Shown piece after piece: positions 48,013-60,512 of a stretch of DNA of 64,000 nt; within the stretch, counting starts at the first letter, position 1; each line of letters starts with the position of its first letter. The notes beneath the pieces were generated by a model. It did not search any database, was not told the origin of the DNA, and worked only from the letters and a program-made list of their open reading frames with translations. The position numbers and the translations under genes are program-made. Source of the DNA: Mobula hypostoma (taxonomy: Eukaryota). The stretch is taken from the NCBI RefSeq assembly GCF_963921235.1, contig NC_086107.1:98954001-99018000 (forward strand), written 5' to 3'.

Positions 48013-50049
48013 ACCAGAGTGCAGGGTCCAACAGTCATATGGATTTGGAGTTGCAGAACTCTTCAAGTACATACAGTACAAAGATTACATTTTTCTGTAA
48101 GATCACGAGGGATGGATCAGTACCTGATTTAGTTTTAGGGAATAAAGCTGGGCAAGGGGGTAGGGTGGTAAAGCCGCGGTATTTGATGCAGCAATCATAA
48201 TTCAGTTATCAGAGTTTTGGAAAAGGACAAATATAGGGCAGAGTTACTTTAAACTGGGGAAAGGTCAATTTTACCATGCTCAGATATGATTAGAAGTGGG
48301 CTCTAAAAAGCTACTCAAAGGCAGTGTAGCGCTAGAGCACAGGAAGCACCGGAAGAAGAGAAGTATGCTTATCCACTTTTATTTTTTATTATATTTAGAG
48401 ATACAGTGTGGATAAGCCCTTCCAGCTCTTTGAGCTGCGCCACCCGCAATCTACCAATTTAACCCTCACCTAATTACAACGACCAATTAACCTACTAACT
48501 ATGTGGGACCCCTGCATTCACGGGGAGGACAAACAAACAGATGACGTCAGAATTTAAGTCCGGTGCCCGAGCTGTAGTAATGTCATGCTAATCATCACAC
48601 TACCGTAATGCCTGTAGCTGATAATAGAAAAAGGGGGTTATAAAGCACACAGGACAAGATAAAGCCCAGGGGGTGTGCGTGAAAGTAAATTTGATTCATT
48701 ACATGAAATCAAGAAACGGCTGACAGTACTAGGTGCATTAAAGGCTGTGGTATAAGAATGTCTGCACTCCAGATTTTCTGTGCCTCTTGCCGAGCTGTTC
48801 TAGTATAGTTACAACAGTGGCATCTGCTCTATGTGGAAATTGTCCAGGTATGTCTCATTCACAAAAGGCAGAACTGATAACTGCCAAATCTCCACCATTA
48901 CCAAAGTAATGGAAGCTGTTGTCAACAGTGCTGTTAAGCAGCACTTACTCATCCATACCCTGTTCGTCGATGCCCAGATTTCACAAAAATATTTGGCTCT
49001 GTCTCCAACAAGTGAGCATGTAACTCCTTATCCTTGACATCAATGGCATTGCCATTACTAGTTCCCCACCACAGATATGTTGGGAGGAGGGAGGGGTGGA
49101 ATTCACTTCAGACTCGAAACTTAACTGGAACACAAAGTTCATGGCTATGAACACACCAGAGATTCCTCCAGGTAGCCAAAGGCAAGGCAAGAATGTGACC
49201 AAATACTCTGCACTTGCCTGGATCAGTGCAGCATAGACAGCTTGCAAGCAGCTTGACACCATCAAGAGCTTTACAACTCCCTTGAATGACACTCCAGTCA
49301 CCACCCTGAACATTCATTCCCTCCACCACTGGCACTAGTTGCTGCACTGTGAACCAGCTACAAAATCCTCCGTAGCTACTTGTCCAGGCTACCCTAGAGC
49401 CACCCAAGCCTCTACCATCAAGATGAATAGGGAAAGCAAGTACTTGTTCTCCTCCAAACTGAACACGTCCCTGACTTTGAAATGTATCGCTAGTCATTCG
49501 TCACTTGGTCCAAATCCAGCATTTTGTGTGTACTGCTCAAGATTTCCAGTATCTGCTTGTGTTTATGAGGTGCTAAATGAATATTTCTTTTCTGCATTTA
49601 CCCAACGGAGAACAAAACAAGAGAGTTCAGGGAGAGGAACAGAAATGTTCTGAAGCATGCTAGCATCAGGAAGGAGGATGTGCCCTGATGAGGTGAAGCC
49701 CAGACGGCTATGGGAAGCAAGGAAGGTGACTGCTGGGCCCTTATGGACATTTTTGCATCTTCATTTGCCACAAGGGAAGTACCTGATGATTGAGCGCAGA
49801 AAAAGTGTTCCTTTATTCATAAAGGACGATAGGGATACATCACACAACTACAGGCCAGTGATGTTCATACCTGTGGTAAGATATTATTGGAAAATAACAG
49901 AGGAACAGGATTTACCCTCACTTAGAAGGACAGAGATTGATTAGTTCAAGGGAAAGCTTGCCTAACAACTTTGAATTTATTGAGGGGATAATTAAGTTAC
50001 TAATGAGGAGAGTATGGTAGATGTTGTCCAGATGGACTTTAAAGTCATG

Positions 50050-50830
50050 GAGCCACAGAAAAGTACAGCACAGAAACAGGCCCTTCAGCCCATTTCTAAA
50101 TGACAATAAACGAGGACTGAGTGTCCTCATAATCTAATTTTAGTCCATGCCAAAACCATTTAGACTGCCTATTCCCATTGACCGGCACTGGGGCCATAGT
50201 CCTCCATACCCATACTATCCAAACTTCACTTAAATGTTGAAATCGAGCTCACATGCACCACTTGTGCTAGCAGCTCATTCCACATTCTCATGACCCTCAT
50301 GTTCCCCTTAGACTTCTCACCTTTTACCCTTAACCCATAACCTCTGGTTGCAGTCTAACCCAACCTCAGTGGAAAAAGTCTGCTTGCATTTACTATATCT
50401 ATACCATTCAGAATTTTGAATGCCGCTATCAAATCTCCTCTCAATTTTCTATGTTCGAAAGAATACAGTCCTAACCTATTCAATCTTTCCTTACACAGTG
50501 GTCAGTTCTCTGGCACTGAGTCTGCCTCTTTAACTCTGGTCCTCCAGACCCCGCAACATCCTTGTAAATTTTCTCCGTACTATTTCAATCTTGTTTACAT
50601 CTTTCCTGTAAGTAGGTGATAAAAAGAGAAAAGAAATTCCAATTCACTACCTCATCCTGAATGCCGAGCGACTGAACCTTCTTGACCAGACTCCCGTGCG
50701 AGACCTTGCCAGATGCCTTACCAAAGTCCTTGTAGACAACATCCACTGCTTTGTCTTCATCCACTTTCCTGGTAACTTCCTCAAGACACTCTCTAAGATT
50801 GGTTAGACATGACCTACTACGCACAAAGCC
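50050..50830 (-). mobile_element. CR1 LINE fragment nested in an older + strand CR1
   Basis: RSCLTNL...VDVVYKDFGKA..KVSH..LVKK peptide plus a 3' UTR. Confidence 0.8.
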
Positions 50831-50969
50831 ACAGGATTTGTGGTGGCACCTTTGATATTTGTGACGTAGATTAACAACTTGGATATGAATGTATAAGGTA
50901 AGATAAGTGAATCTGCAGGTAATACAAAAATTGGTGATATTATCTGAAGTAAAAGGGAAGATTGGTAGC

Positions 50970-51447
50970 TGGGGTTGTTTGCTTGTTTGCAGAGTTGTTT
51001 GCTGAGCCTAGAGGTTAGGTCGTAAACGTTTTGTCACCACTCCAGTGACATCATCAGGTGCGCAATTGAGTGTTGTTTCTGCCGAGCGCTCATATTTAAA
51101 TTGGTCCGACTTCTTAAAAGCTTGGTTCTCAATGGAAGACTCTATTATCAAGCATACTGAACTGGATGCAATTTACAAACCTATGCATCTGTGGGATTGG
51201 GGCCAAGGAAACCACGCTTACAATGGTGAAATAACCAGGGATATGGTTCGGCAGAAATCACTCAGCTAGCTGGTTGGCCAGGACCCAACAGAGACCAGCA
51301 GTCAGTGTGACACCCAACCAATCAGAACAATGAGCCGGATCAATATAAACGTAAGCACTCGGCAGAAACAACACTCAACTGCGCATTAATGGTGACGAAA
51401 TATTTGCAACCTAACCTCTGGTGTCGGCGAATAACCCTACACACAAG
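50970..51447 (+). mobile_element. Penelope-like element remnant: endonuclease C-terminus flanked by inverted hammerhead-bearing repeats
   Basis: DFLKAWFSMEDSIIKHTELDAIYKP resembles the PLE GIY-YIG tail; inverted repeats agaggttaggtcgtaaacgttttgtcacca (51010) and tggtgacgaaatatttgcaacctaacctct (51390). Confidence 0.7.
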
Positions 51448-52869
51448 ATCCTTTAAAGCTAGAGTTGGGAAAAGATCGGCAAGAATGTGGGACAGAGCTA
51501 AGGCAAATGGAATTAAATCCTGACAAATGTTAATGCCCTAAGCAGTGTTACTGAACAGAGGGAGTTTGTGGTAAAAACGCACACATCCCTGAGAGTGGTA
51601 TCACAGATGGAAAAGGTGGTGAAGAGGACATATGGAATGCTTGCTTTCATTGGCTGACACATCGTGTAAGAATTATAAAATATTGATTAGGTCATATCTG
51701 GCATACTGTGTGCAGTTCTTGTTACTGCACTACAGGAAAGATACCATTATTGTGCATAGTGTGCAGAGTAGATTTGCCAGGATGTTGCCTCGACTGAAAC
51801 ATACTAAAGTGGCAATGGATAGTTTTTAGCTTTGGTGCAGGGGAGGGTGAGCTGAAAGACCTTGAAAATTATGAGGGGGATATAGGGTCAGGTGTTAAAA
51901 AAAAGATTCCCATGCGAGACTGTCCCAAGAGAGGTCGGAGGTTTGGAGGGAAGCTAAGGGAAGATTTTCTTTCCCCCTCGGTGTGTGGATGGAGTCTGGA
52001 ACGTAATGGCTGAAAAGATAGTGATGGCAAATAATCTTCCAACATTTAGGGAGCATCCAGCCAAGTACTTGAATAGGATAAGGAAATACACGACAGGATT
52101 ATGGTTGATCAAGTCATCTGATTGGTAGATTAATGATGGCAGTTGTTAACAAATAAAACAAAGACACATGCAAAAGCTGCGAAGTGCGGGTCAGAGCTGC
52201 AAGAAATGCCTAACAGACCAGACAGTGTTAGTGAGAGAGAATGTCAGCTAATATTATTGGTGGACAATCTACGGCAGAACTGGCAAATTCAAATACAGCC
52301 CACGTTATATGACATTGTTTAATTCAGTAAAATTAAAAGTTTGATGCTGCTCCTTAAGCTTACATGGAATAGTGGCAAACGTTGAAGACAGATAGGTGAG
52401 GGTGGGAGTGAGATGGGAATCGGAAACTCAGGATCATTCCCGCAGATGGAATGAAGGTGTGTCACAAAGCAATCACCCAATCTGCCTCTAGTTTCTCCAA
52501 TGTAAAGGAAACACTATCATGAGCACCAAGTGGTGGGAAAAGTGCAAATGAAACACTGATTTACCCCAAAATAATTTTGGGTTTCTGGGTGTGAAGTGAG
52601 GTGAGGTGTGGTCGATGATAAAGTGCTGTCAGAAGGGGCGAGATTGACCAAACTAACATCAGTGGTGGACAAATTGTAAATGCATTTTAGGGACAGATAT
52701 CAGCATTTACGGAGGTATAAATTTAATCATTAGTTAGCTTTGTTGATTAGAATCTAAAGAGTTATTTTTCTTTTACTTATATGTTTGTATAATCACTTGT
52801 TTGTCTCTAAATGTTCGGTGGATTTTCAGTAGTTTGAAGTATAGGGGGTTCTGTACATATGTAGTTCCT

Positions 52870-54580
52870 TTGTCTCTCAGGCCTTTATCAAATCTGCTCG
52901 GTCCTGATGAAGAGTCATGGCCCACAACATCAACTGGTTATTCATTTACATAGATACTGCCCGACTTGTTGAGTTCCTCCAGCATTTTGTGTGTGCTGCT
53001 TCAAATCTTCCCTTCCTGCACAAGATTCTTAAGAAAGTTATTTTCAAACCAACTCTCTGAATGAGAACAACGTTCTAGAGAAGTTTCAGTCAGGCTTTAG
53101 AGCAAACCACAGCTCAGAGACAGTGCGTACTAAAATTGTCAGCGACCTTAGCCTCAGCACTGATGCCAACAGAGTCTCAGTTCTAATTCTTCCAGATCTA
53201 CATGCTGCCTTAGACTCAATTGATCACAACATTCTCCTAGATTGTGTTGAGAATTGGTGTGGCCTGTCTAATAGTGCCCTTAATTGTTTTGTTCATATAT
53301 CTTAGAGTTAAAATTTTTTGTCTGTCTTGGAGACCAATCTATTAGGAGTTACAATGTACCTCCTGTTGTTGTTCAGGGAAGCTGCCTCTTCTCCCTATAC
53401 ATGCTCTCCTTTAAGAGACATTATTAGAGAGCATAAACCTGATTCATGGTCATTCAGATGACACACAACTGTGTATCTCCATTGAGCCTGATGATGATAA
53501 CACCCTATCTTCTCTGACTTCTGAAACAGCTGCAATAAACAAATGCATGAGCAATATTTTCCTAAAACTAAATGAAGACAAAACTGAAATTCTTTTGCAA
53601 TATACACAAAATGCTGGAGGAACTCAGCAGGTCAGGCAGCATCTATGGAAATGAATAGATAGTCAACGTTTCAGTCCAAAACCTAAAAGAAGGGTCGCTT
53701 TTTATTTCCATGGACGCTGCCTGACCTGCTGAGTTCATCTAGCACTCTGTGCATGTTGCTTTGGATTTTCAATAGAATTCCTTTGCTGGTCCCAAAGCCA
53801 AAAGAGATAAACTTCTTGATAAACTTGAGAACTTTGCTCCCCTTGTAAAATCAGAAATAACTAGCCTGGGTTATTATCCTCGATTCAGATTTGAATTTTA
53901 AAATTGCAGATAAAGAGTGACCAGAGCAGCATTTCTACACTTAAGAAATATTGCAAAGGTACTGCATGTCCGTTCCTGTCATGTAATGACACTGAAAAAC
54001 TACAACTCACGCTTTTATATCAAATAGACTCGATTACTGCAATGCATCTTATACTGGCCTTCCAAAGCAATCTCTTGACAAACTTCATTCAGTATGTTGC
54101 TGCTAGACTTTTAACCAAAAACGGGATGAGGGAACATATCACTCCTGTACGAGTCACTCATCATTAGCTTCCTGTCTCTTTTAGAATTGATTTTAAAGTT
54201 CTCTTAAAAAACTTTTAAGAGAAATGCCCTGGCACAAGAGTACATCACAGAATCACTTTCATTTATAATCCTACTTGAGCTCTCGGGTCGTCTTCCACCG
54301 GTCTTTTAAATTTAAACTATCTCCCTCAAAGGATAATTGACAAGTCGTCTTTTTTGAACTATGCTTCTAAACTGTGAAATTTCATACTTAAAACTATAAG
54401 GGATGCAGACTCAACTGACACTTCTAAACACCAGCTCAAAACCTATTTAGTTGTTCTTGCTTTTAACTAATATCTCTTCGTCTTTTATTTTAGTGTCACG
54501 TTTGCACTTCATCCCATTGTAAGGCATTTGAACTGTATCATCTGTATAAAAAGTGTTCTACAAATAGTTATTATTATTAT
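52870..54580 (+). mobile_element. Decayed L2-clade LINE RT to 3' end, carrying two nested Penelope-derived insertions (52896-53000 and 53599-53774)
   Basis: LPFLHKILKKV, EKFQSGFRANHSSET, LILPDLHAALDSIDHNILL, DDTQL, AARLLT...REHITP; (tta)n tail. Confidence 0.85.
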
Positions 54581-56839
54581 AAGCCTGAAATGCCATGGCT
54601 GTATAAATCAAAGTTGAATATTGTCTCACAGGCTATTCTTATTAGAGAATTCCTTTATCTGTCCAGCTTGAAACAGTTTGCAGTATAAAGAAAAACCACA
54701 AGGAAGGATCTTTGTTAGAGTGAGTTGGTTACAACTAGAGTTAGTTACCTGCTGCTGTGATTTACTGTTAGAGTGATTTGGCTACAGTTAGAGTTAGTTA
54801 CCTGCTGCCATAATTTACTGTTGTTTCTTTGTTATGAACATCTAATAAAACCATAAGTTTTGAGCCTCATTCTTGACTTGCGAAGAACCCTCTGGACAGC
54901 ATTATCTCCAGAGCCAACACCATTTTTGCTGTTCCTTACTGTAAGGTAGTGTCATTGCCTACTCTTTCTAGAGCTGCCATAACATTTTAATTGCTCTTAT
55001 GGACCTTGCAACATCATCTATTGGGATCAGGACTGCTGCAAAATAACTTCCTTCTGAAATGTCCCATTTAAATCTGGACTCAGGATAGTAAGACAAGTGT
55101 GTGTCTCATAGCAGGAAAGACAAAACCCAAGTAACAGGATCCTACCCACTAATACATGGAAGGAGATCCAAGATATTTACGTAAATATAAGACTTCTTGT
55201 TCCAAGAACTCAAACTGTTTCTTAATGCCTGATAGGAACCTTGTCAGATTACAACATTCTTATGGTGCACTGTCAATAAAAATTCCATTATTCTATTTGG
55301 GACGGTGTAACGAATCATTAATTGGTTAAGGAATAATTGCATGGGCAATTATTTTTTGAGGTAATACAGAGGAATAACATTTGATTTAGTTTGAGGTGGA
55401 CAAAGCTAACACTTTACTGAAGTCCCACACGACCAACTGACTCCAAGTGCAAAGTGGGGTTAAAAAAGTAATGAGAAGAAAGCACAGCATGCCTAAAATA
55501 CTAGACAATCTAAGACCTACTAAGAATAGGATGGAGATTTGTACAAGTGACAAAAAGACACTAGTCAATGCATAATGAGGTGAGGTTAAAAATCGCTGAT
55601 TATTAGGGAACTGCTGCTCTTCTTCTCCAGTTAGAGTCACAGAGCAATCCAATACAGACACAGGCCCTTCAGGCCAGTGAGTTCATGCCAACCACAGTAA
55701 CCACCAGCTGGTTCCAATTTCCTACATTCAACCCATATCCTTCCAATCCCCTCCCCTTAATGTACCTGTCCAAGTACCTTTTAAAAGTTGTTATTGTTCC
55801 TGCCTCAGCCACTTCCTCTGGCAGCTCATTCCATATACTCAACCACCCCCGTATGAAAAGATTGTCCCTCGTGCCTCTTATATCTTACCCCTCTCACCTG
55901 AAACCTGATGCCCCTTAGTTTAGGAGCCTTCACCCCACCCCTCATCCTGGGGAAAGAACTGTAACAATCCACCACTTGTGTCTTTCATAATAATAAGCAT
56001 TTCTACAAGGTTGCTCCTTGTTCTTACATTCCAAGGACTAAAGACATAGCCTGGCCAACCATTCCTCATAACTCAGGCCTTACTAGTCTGTCAACCACCT
56101 CGTAAATGTCTGCACTCTTTGTTTAACCACATATTTTCCAAAGTAGGGTGATCAAAAATGTACACATTGTCCAAAAGCAGCCTTGCCAATGATCGGAAAC
56201 AGAAGAGCAGAGCCTTTCCCTCCGAAACCAGAGACCTGGGTCCAACTCTGAACTTGCAGTGCTCCAGTTTCTTCCTACCTCCCAAAGATGTGCACGTTGT
56301 AAAAGATGTAAAAGCTTTAGGGAGGGTGCAGAAGGAATTTACTGAAATAAGTGACCAGGGGCTTTAGATATGTGACTAGACTGAAGATGCAGCAGTTGAT
56401 AGCCATTAGCAGAGGATCAGGAACTAGGTACCACAGAATGTGTTGTTGGCAATACAGCCACACTAACATTCAGCAATGAGCAAGATCTGCCATGGATCAC
56501 CAAGAGTAGTAGCAGAAGCAGATTCAATTGTAGAGGATGAGCTATAACTCTAACAGTGAGCTGGAATGCGGAGGTAATCGATACGCCATGAAATGGCAAA
56601 GGATGCCACAAACTCATGCAGGCTGCTGGGGAAGAGGAGGAAGGAAAGAATGAGATCGGGGTCACGGAAAGAAGGCTTTAAGAGGATCGGGGAAAGAAAG
56701 AGTGAAAGAGCCCGGGGGTCGGGGTTGGTGAAGGGGTCTGGAGGGGTCCGGGGAGAGGAGAAGGGAGAGGGGGGAATAACGAAGTGAGGTGGCCTGGGCC
56801 TGCACCTCTCACGACAACCATTCTTGCTCACGGACAAGA

Positions 56840-57640
56840 CTGACAACACAATAGCCAATGACAACACCGGTTCTCAGCTGGGTAGCCAATCGGGAACCCT
56901 GGGGGCGGTACAAACTTAGGTGCGCGACGCGAGGTGAACTTCCGTTTCCAACGAGTTTGCAAAGGGGCCTGGACGGAGAGGCTGAGCTCGGCGCTACGAG
57001 CCCCGGCACCGAGATCATCGTTGGCCTGCCCCGGCCGCCAGCGCACTCTTCTCACCTGCCTTTAACGCGCAGCCCGCGCCTCCGGATGATGTCGTCCAGC
57101 GAGGAGTCCGCCATGGCCGTACGGATCGAGCTGGGCGGGCGATGGGGGTGGTGAGGGGGGATGGGCACGGAGGCCGGCGCGGCTCAGGGAGGTGCGGGGA
57201 GCAAAAGCGCAACCGGATCGAAATCTCGAAATCGCAGCCCGGCGTCAGAGCAGGCGTGGGATTCGGGAGCTCACGCTGCAATCGACGGCTGGCACTTGCT
57301 GCGACTTAAAGAGGCGATAAGGCCCCCTCGATATGTCGCTCACCGTCAATGGAATCACCGGGGACGGCCATCCCCTAACTCCCGGCCTTTATCCTGGACC
57401 CTTCATTGCGCTCCGCACGTCTGCTCCTGTGAGGTGGATGGACAGAGTGGACACACACCGAGACAGACATTAGGTGCTGCTGGAAGGGGAAGGACGCCGC
57501 TCGGTCTCCCAGCATGCTGACTAGCCGGCTACAGGGGTGTGCACTGAACTTCGGTGCGGCCGATGCAAATCCCGGTGGGGAAGGACCACCGTCTGGGGTC
57601 CGGACACTGAACGGCCGGGCCTCGGGCAACAGCCTCTCAG
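56840..57640. promoter_or_regulatory. CpG-island promoter of POLDIP3: two TAGCCAAT boxes (about 56852 and 56883), a GC box (about 56901), ETS-like ACTTCCG, SPH/ZNF143-like CTCCCAGCATGCT (57506-57518) and octamer ATGCAAAT (57563-57570)
   Basis: CpG density and motifs read directly; function is inferred. Confidence 0.7.
57056..57114 (-). CDS. POLDIP3: POLDIP3 exon 1: MADSSLDDIIRRRGLRVKG(R)
   Basis: gccATGG Kozak context, ag|gtgaga donor, 59 nt, phase 2; SLD.II UAP56-binding-type motif; total CDS 1317 nt, open throughout. Confidence 0.95.
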
Positions 57641-57767
57641 ACTCCTCATGGGCGCATAATTTAAAGAGGAAACAGGAGTAACGTGTTGACGCACTGTTAG
57701 AGAATGTATTGAATTAACTGTCTGATGAACACAGAAATATGTGATATCTACAGTATATTATGAATAA

Positions 57768-59000
57768 GTTCAAAGTAAATCTATTATCAAAGTATATAAG
57801 GTTTAATATCCACGTGTCGATAAGTTTGTTAACTTTGCTGCAGCAATACATGATAATATGGGTATAAAACTGTAAAGTACGGTAAATATATGTCTATTAA
57901 ATAGTTTAGTAGTGCCAAAACAGGAATAAAAAGTGGTGAGGTAGTGTTTGTGGGTTCAGTGTCCATTCAGAAATGGATGGCAGAGGGGAAGAAGCTGTTC
58001 CTGATCGTTGAGTGTGCGCCTTCAGGCTTCTGATGGTAACAGTGAGAAAAGGGCATGCCCTGCGTGGTGGGGTTCCTTAACGATGCATGCCACCTTCTTG
58101 AGGCGCAGCTCCTTGAAAGGTGTCTTGGATAGTACGGAGGTTAGTACTCATGAGAGAGGTGACTAACAACTCTCTGCAGCTTACTTTCATCCTATGCAGT
58201 AGCCACCCGCCCCCCCCCATACCAGTTGGTGATGCAGCCGGTCGGAGTGTTCTCAGTACATCTGCAGAAACTTTCCAGTGTTTTAGGTGGCATACCAAAC
58301 CTCCTCAAACTATGATCTTCCTTTCTTTATAGCTGGGTCCAGGTTAGATCCTCATAAGAAGATAAGAAATAGGAGCAGGAGGTGGCCATCTGGCCTGTCG
58401 AGCCTGCTCCACCATTCAATAAGATCATGGCTGATCTGACCATGGACTCATCTCCACCTACCTGCCCTTTCCCCATAACCCTTAATTCCCCTACTGTGCA
58501 AAAATCTATCCAACCTTGTCTTCAGTGATCTTGACACCCAGGAACTTGAAATTGCTCTCTCTCTCCACTTCTGATCCCTCTGTGAGGGTTGGTGTGTGTT
58601 CCCTCATCCACAATCAGATTTTCGGTCTTACTGATGTTGTTGCTGTGACACCACTCAACCAGCTGGTATATCTTGCTCATAATTCATCAGACCTATGCCT
58701 TAAGGTCTTGAAATGAGCCTCAAGTTTGTACAGGATGACATAGACTCAGATAGTGATGAGAGGATCTACAGGAGCAGAATTAGGCCATTCAGCCCATCGA
58801 GTATGCTTCACCATTCCATCACCACACAGTCCCACACACTCACCTTTTCTCCATATCCTTTGATCCCCTGACCAATTCGGAAACTCTCAACTTCCACCTT
58901 AAATATACCCACAGACTTGGCCTCCACTGCAGTCTGTGGCAGAGCATTCCACAGACTCACTACTCTCTGGCTAAAAAAAAAAATCCTCCTCATCTCTGTT
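57768..59000 (-). mobile_element. Rex/Babar-like LINE 3' remnants with nested CR1 tails (about 58350-58515 and 58770-59000)
   Basis: Same 3' tails as at 35680-36520; CR1 peptide FFSQRVVSLWNALPQTAVEAKS. Confidence 0.65.
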
Positions 59001-59825
59001 CTAAAGGGTCAGCCCTCAGTTTTGCCTTCTCCTGGATCCCATTCTTCCCTTTCTCCTATGGTCCACTCCTTTCCTATTAGATTCTTTTCTCTCCACTCCT
59101 CCTACCTGACTGCACCTATCACCATCTAGCTATCCTCCTTCTCCGTACTCAGCAGTGGTGAATGGCCCGTCCTACACAGACTCGGTCTACACTTCTCACT
59201 GCCTTGGCAGAACAGCCAGCCTCAACGACTTCACCCACCCCTGACATTCTCTCTTATCCCCCCACCATTGGGCAGAAGATAACAAAACCTGAAAGTACAA
59301 CCCACCAGGCTGAAGAATAACTTCTACCCCCCTGTTACGAGACTATTGAATGATTCCTGAATATGATAAAATGGATTATTGACCGCAATCTTTCTTAGTT
59401 ATTGCCTTGATTTTATTGCTTATCACCATCACTGCACTTTTACATATTCTGTTCCTGTTTTTTTCCCTCGTATTTCCTCAATGCACTATTGTAATGATCT
59501 GCATGAATTTTATGCCAGACAAAGTCTTTCACTGAACCTCAGTGCATGCAACCAACATTTCAACTGGTGTGGGCTATATCCCCCATCACACTCAGAGGGG
59601 CTGCAACCAGGGTACGAGCCCTCAGACTGTGCTCAAGGGGAGTACCTGGAGGAACATTCATTTCACGGTGTATACAATGTAAATGTTGTGGAAAAAAGTG
59701 GAAATGTAGGATGTCATATCGTGAACATGCAGAGGGTTGCAGTAATCAGAATCTGACTTTTTATCAGTGATGTCAAATATGTTGTTTTGTGGCAACAGTA
59801 TGGTTGTGATAAATTACAAAATTGG

Positions 59826-60085
59826 TGCGGCACGATAGCGTAGTGGTTAGCACAACGCTTTACAGTACCGGAGACCCGGGTTCAATTCCCGCCGCTGCCT
59901 GTAAGGAGTTTGTACGTTCTCCCCGTGACCGTGTGGGTTTCCTCCCACAGTCCAAAGACATACCGGTTGGTGGGTTAATTGGTCATTGTCAATCGTACTG
60001 TGATTAGGCTAGGGTTAAATCAGGGGATTGCTGGGCAGATCTAAGGGCCGGAGGGACCCTATTCCACACACTATCTCAATCAATC
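59826..60085 (+). mobile_element. tRNA-derived SINE (V-SINE/HE1-like), near full length
   Basis: A-box tagcgtagtggttag, B-box ggttcaattccc, core, and a CR1-like tail gggccggagggaccctattcc. Confidence 0.85.
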
Positions 60086-60444
60086 GATAATAACATTGTA
60101 GTGTTCATGGACCGTTCAGAAATTTGTTCCTGAATTACTGAGTGAGGATAATCAGGCTTCCTGTACTTCCTCCCCGATGGTAGTAACGATAGTGAGGGTC
60201 CTTAGTGATGGATGAGGCACCACCTCTGGAAGATGTCTTCAATGCTGGGGAGGGTTGGGCCCCTCGCGCTGCTGGCTGACTGTAGAACCCTCTGCAAAGG
60301 AGCAAACAAACCGGGCTTGGCTCAGCCAGTTAGAACTCTCTCCACCGTACATCTGTAGAAACTCGTAAGAGTGTTCGGTGACATATGGGATCTTCTCAAA
60401 CTCTTGATGGAGTAGGGTGGTGTGGAGGTGATGCTTATCTAGAA

Positions 60445-60512
60445 CAGGGGTTCCCAACCATTAAGGGCCAATACCATTAAGTAAGCCACGGTTCCCATGT
60501 TGGGAACCCCTG
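60445..60512. mobile_element. 68-bp hAT (Charlie-like) MITE
   Basis: Perfect 14-bp TIRs CAGGGGTTCCCAAC/GTTGGGAACCCCTG; 8-bp TSD atctagaa/atatagaa. Confidence 0.85.

Noticed and set aside
54580..54920. LTR containing a tandem repeat of about 55 bp and AATAAA
   Set aside because: Suggestive, but no convincing TG...CA ends with a TSD could be defined.
58696..58760. atgccttaa as the start of U12 snRNA
   Set aside because: Only 9 nt match; the branch-point recognition sequence and Sm site are absent.
59826..59900. tRNA gene
   Set aside because: The A/B boxes belong to a SINE head that continues into the repeat core seen at several other positions.
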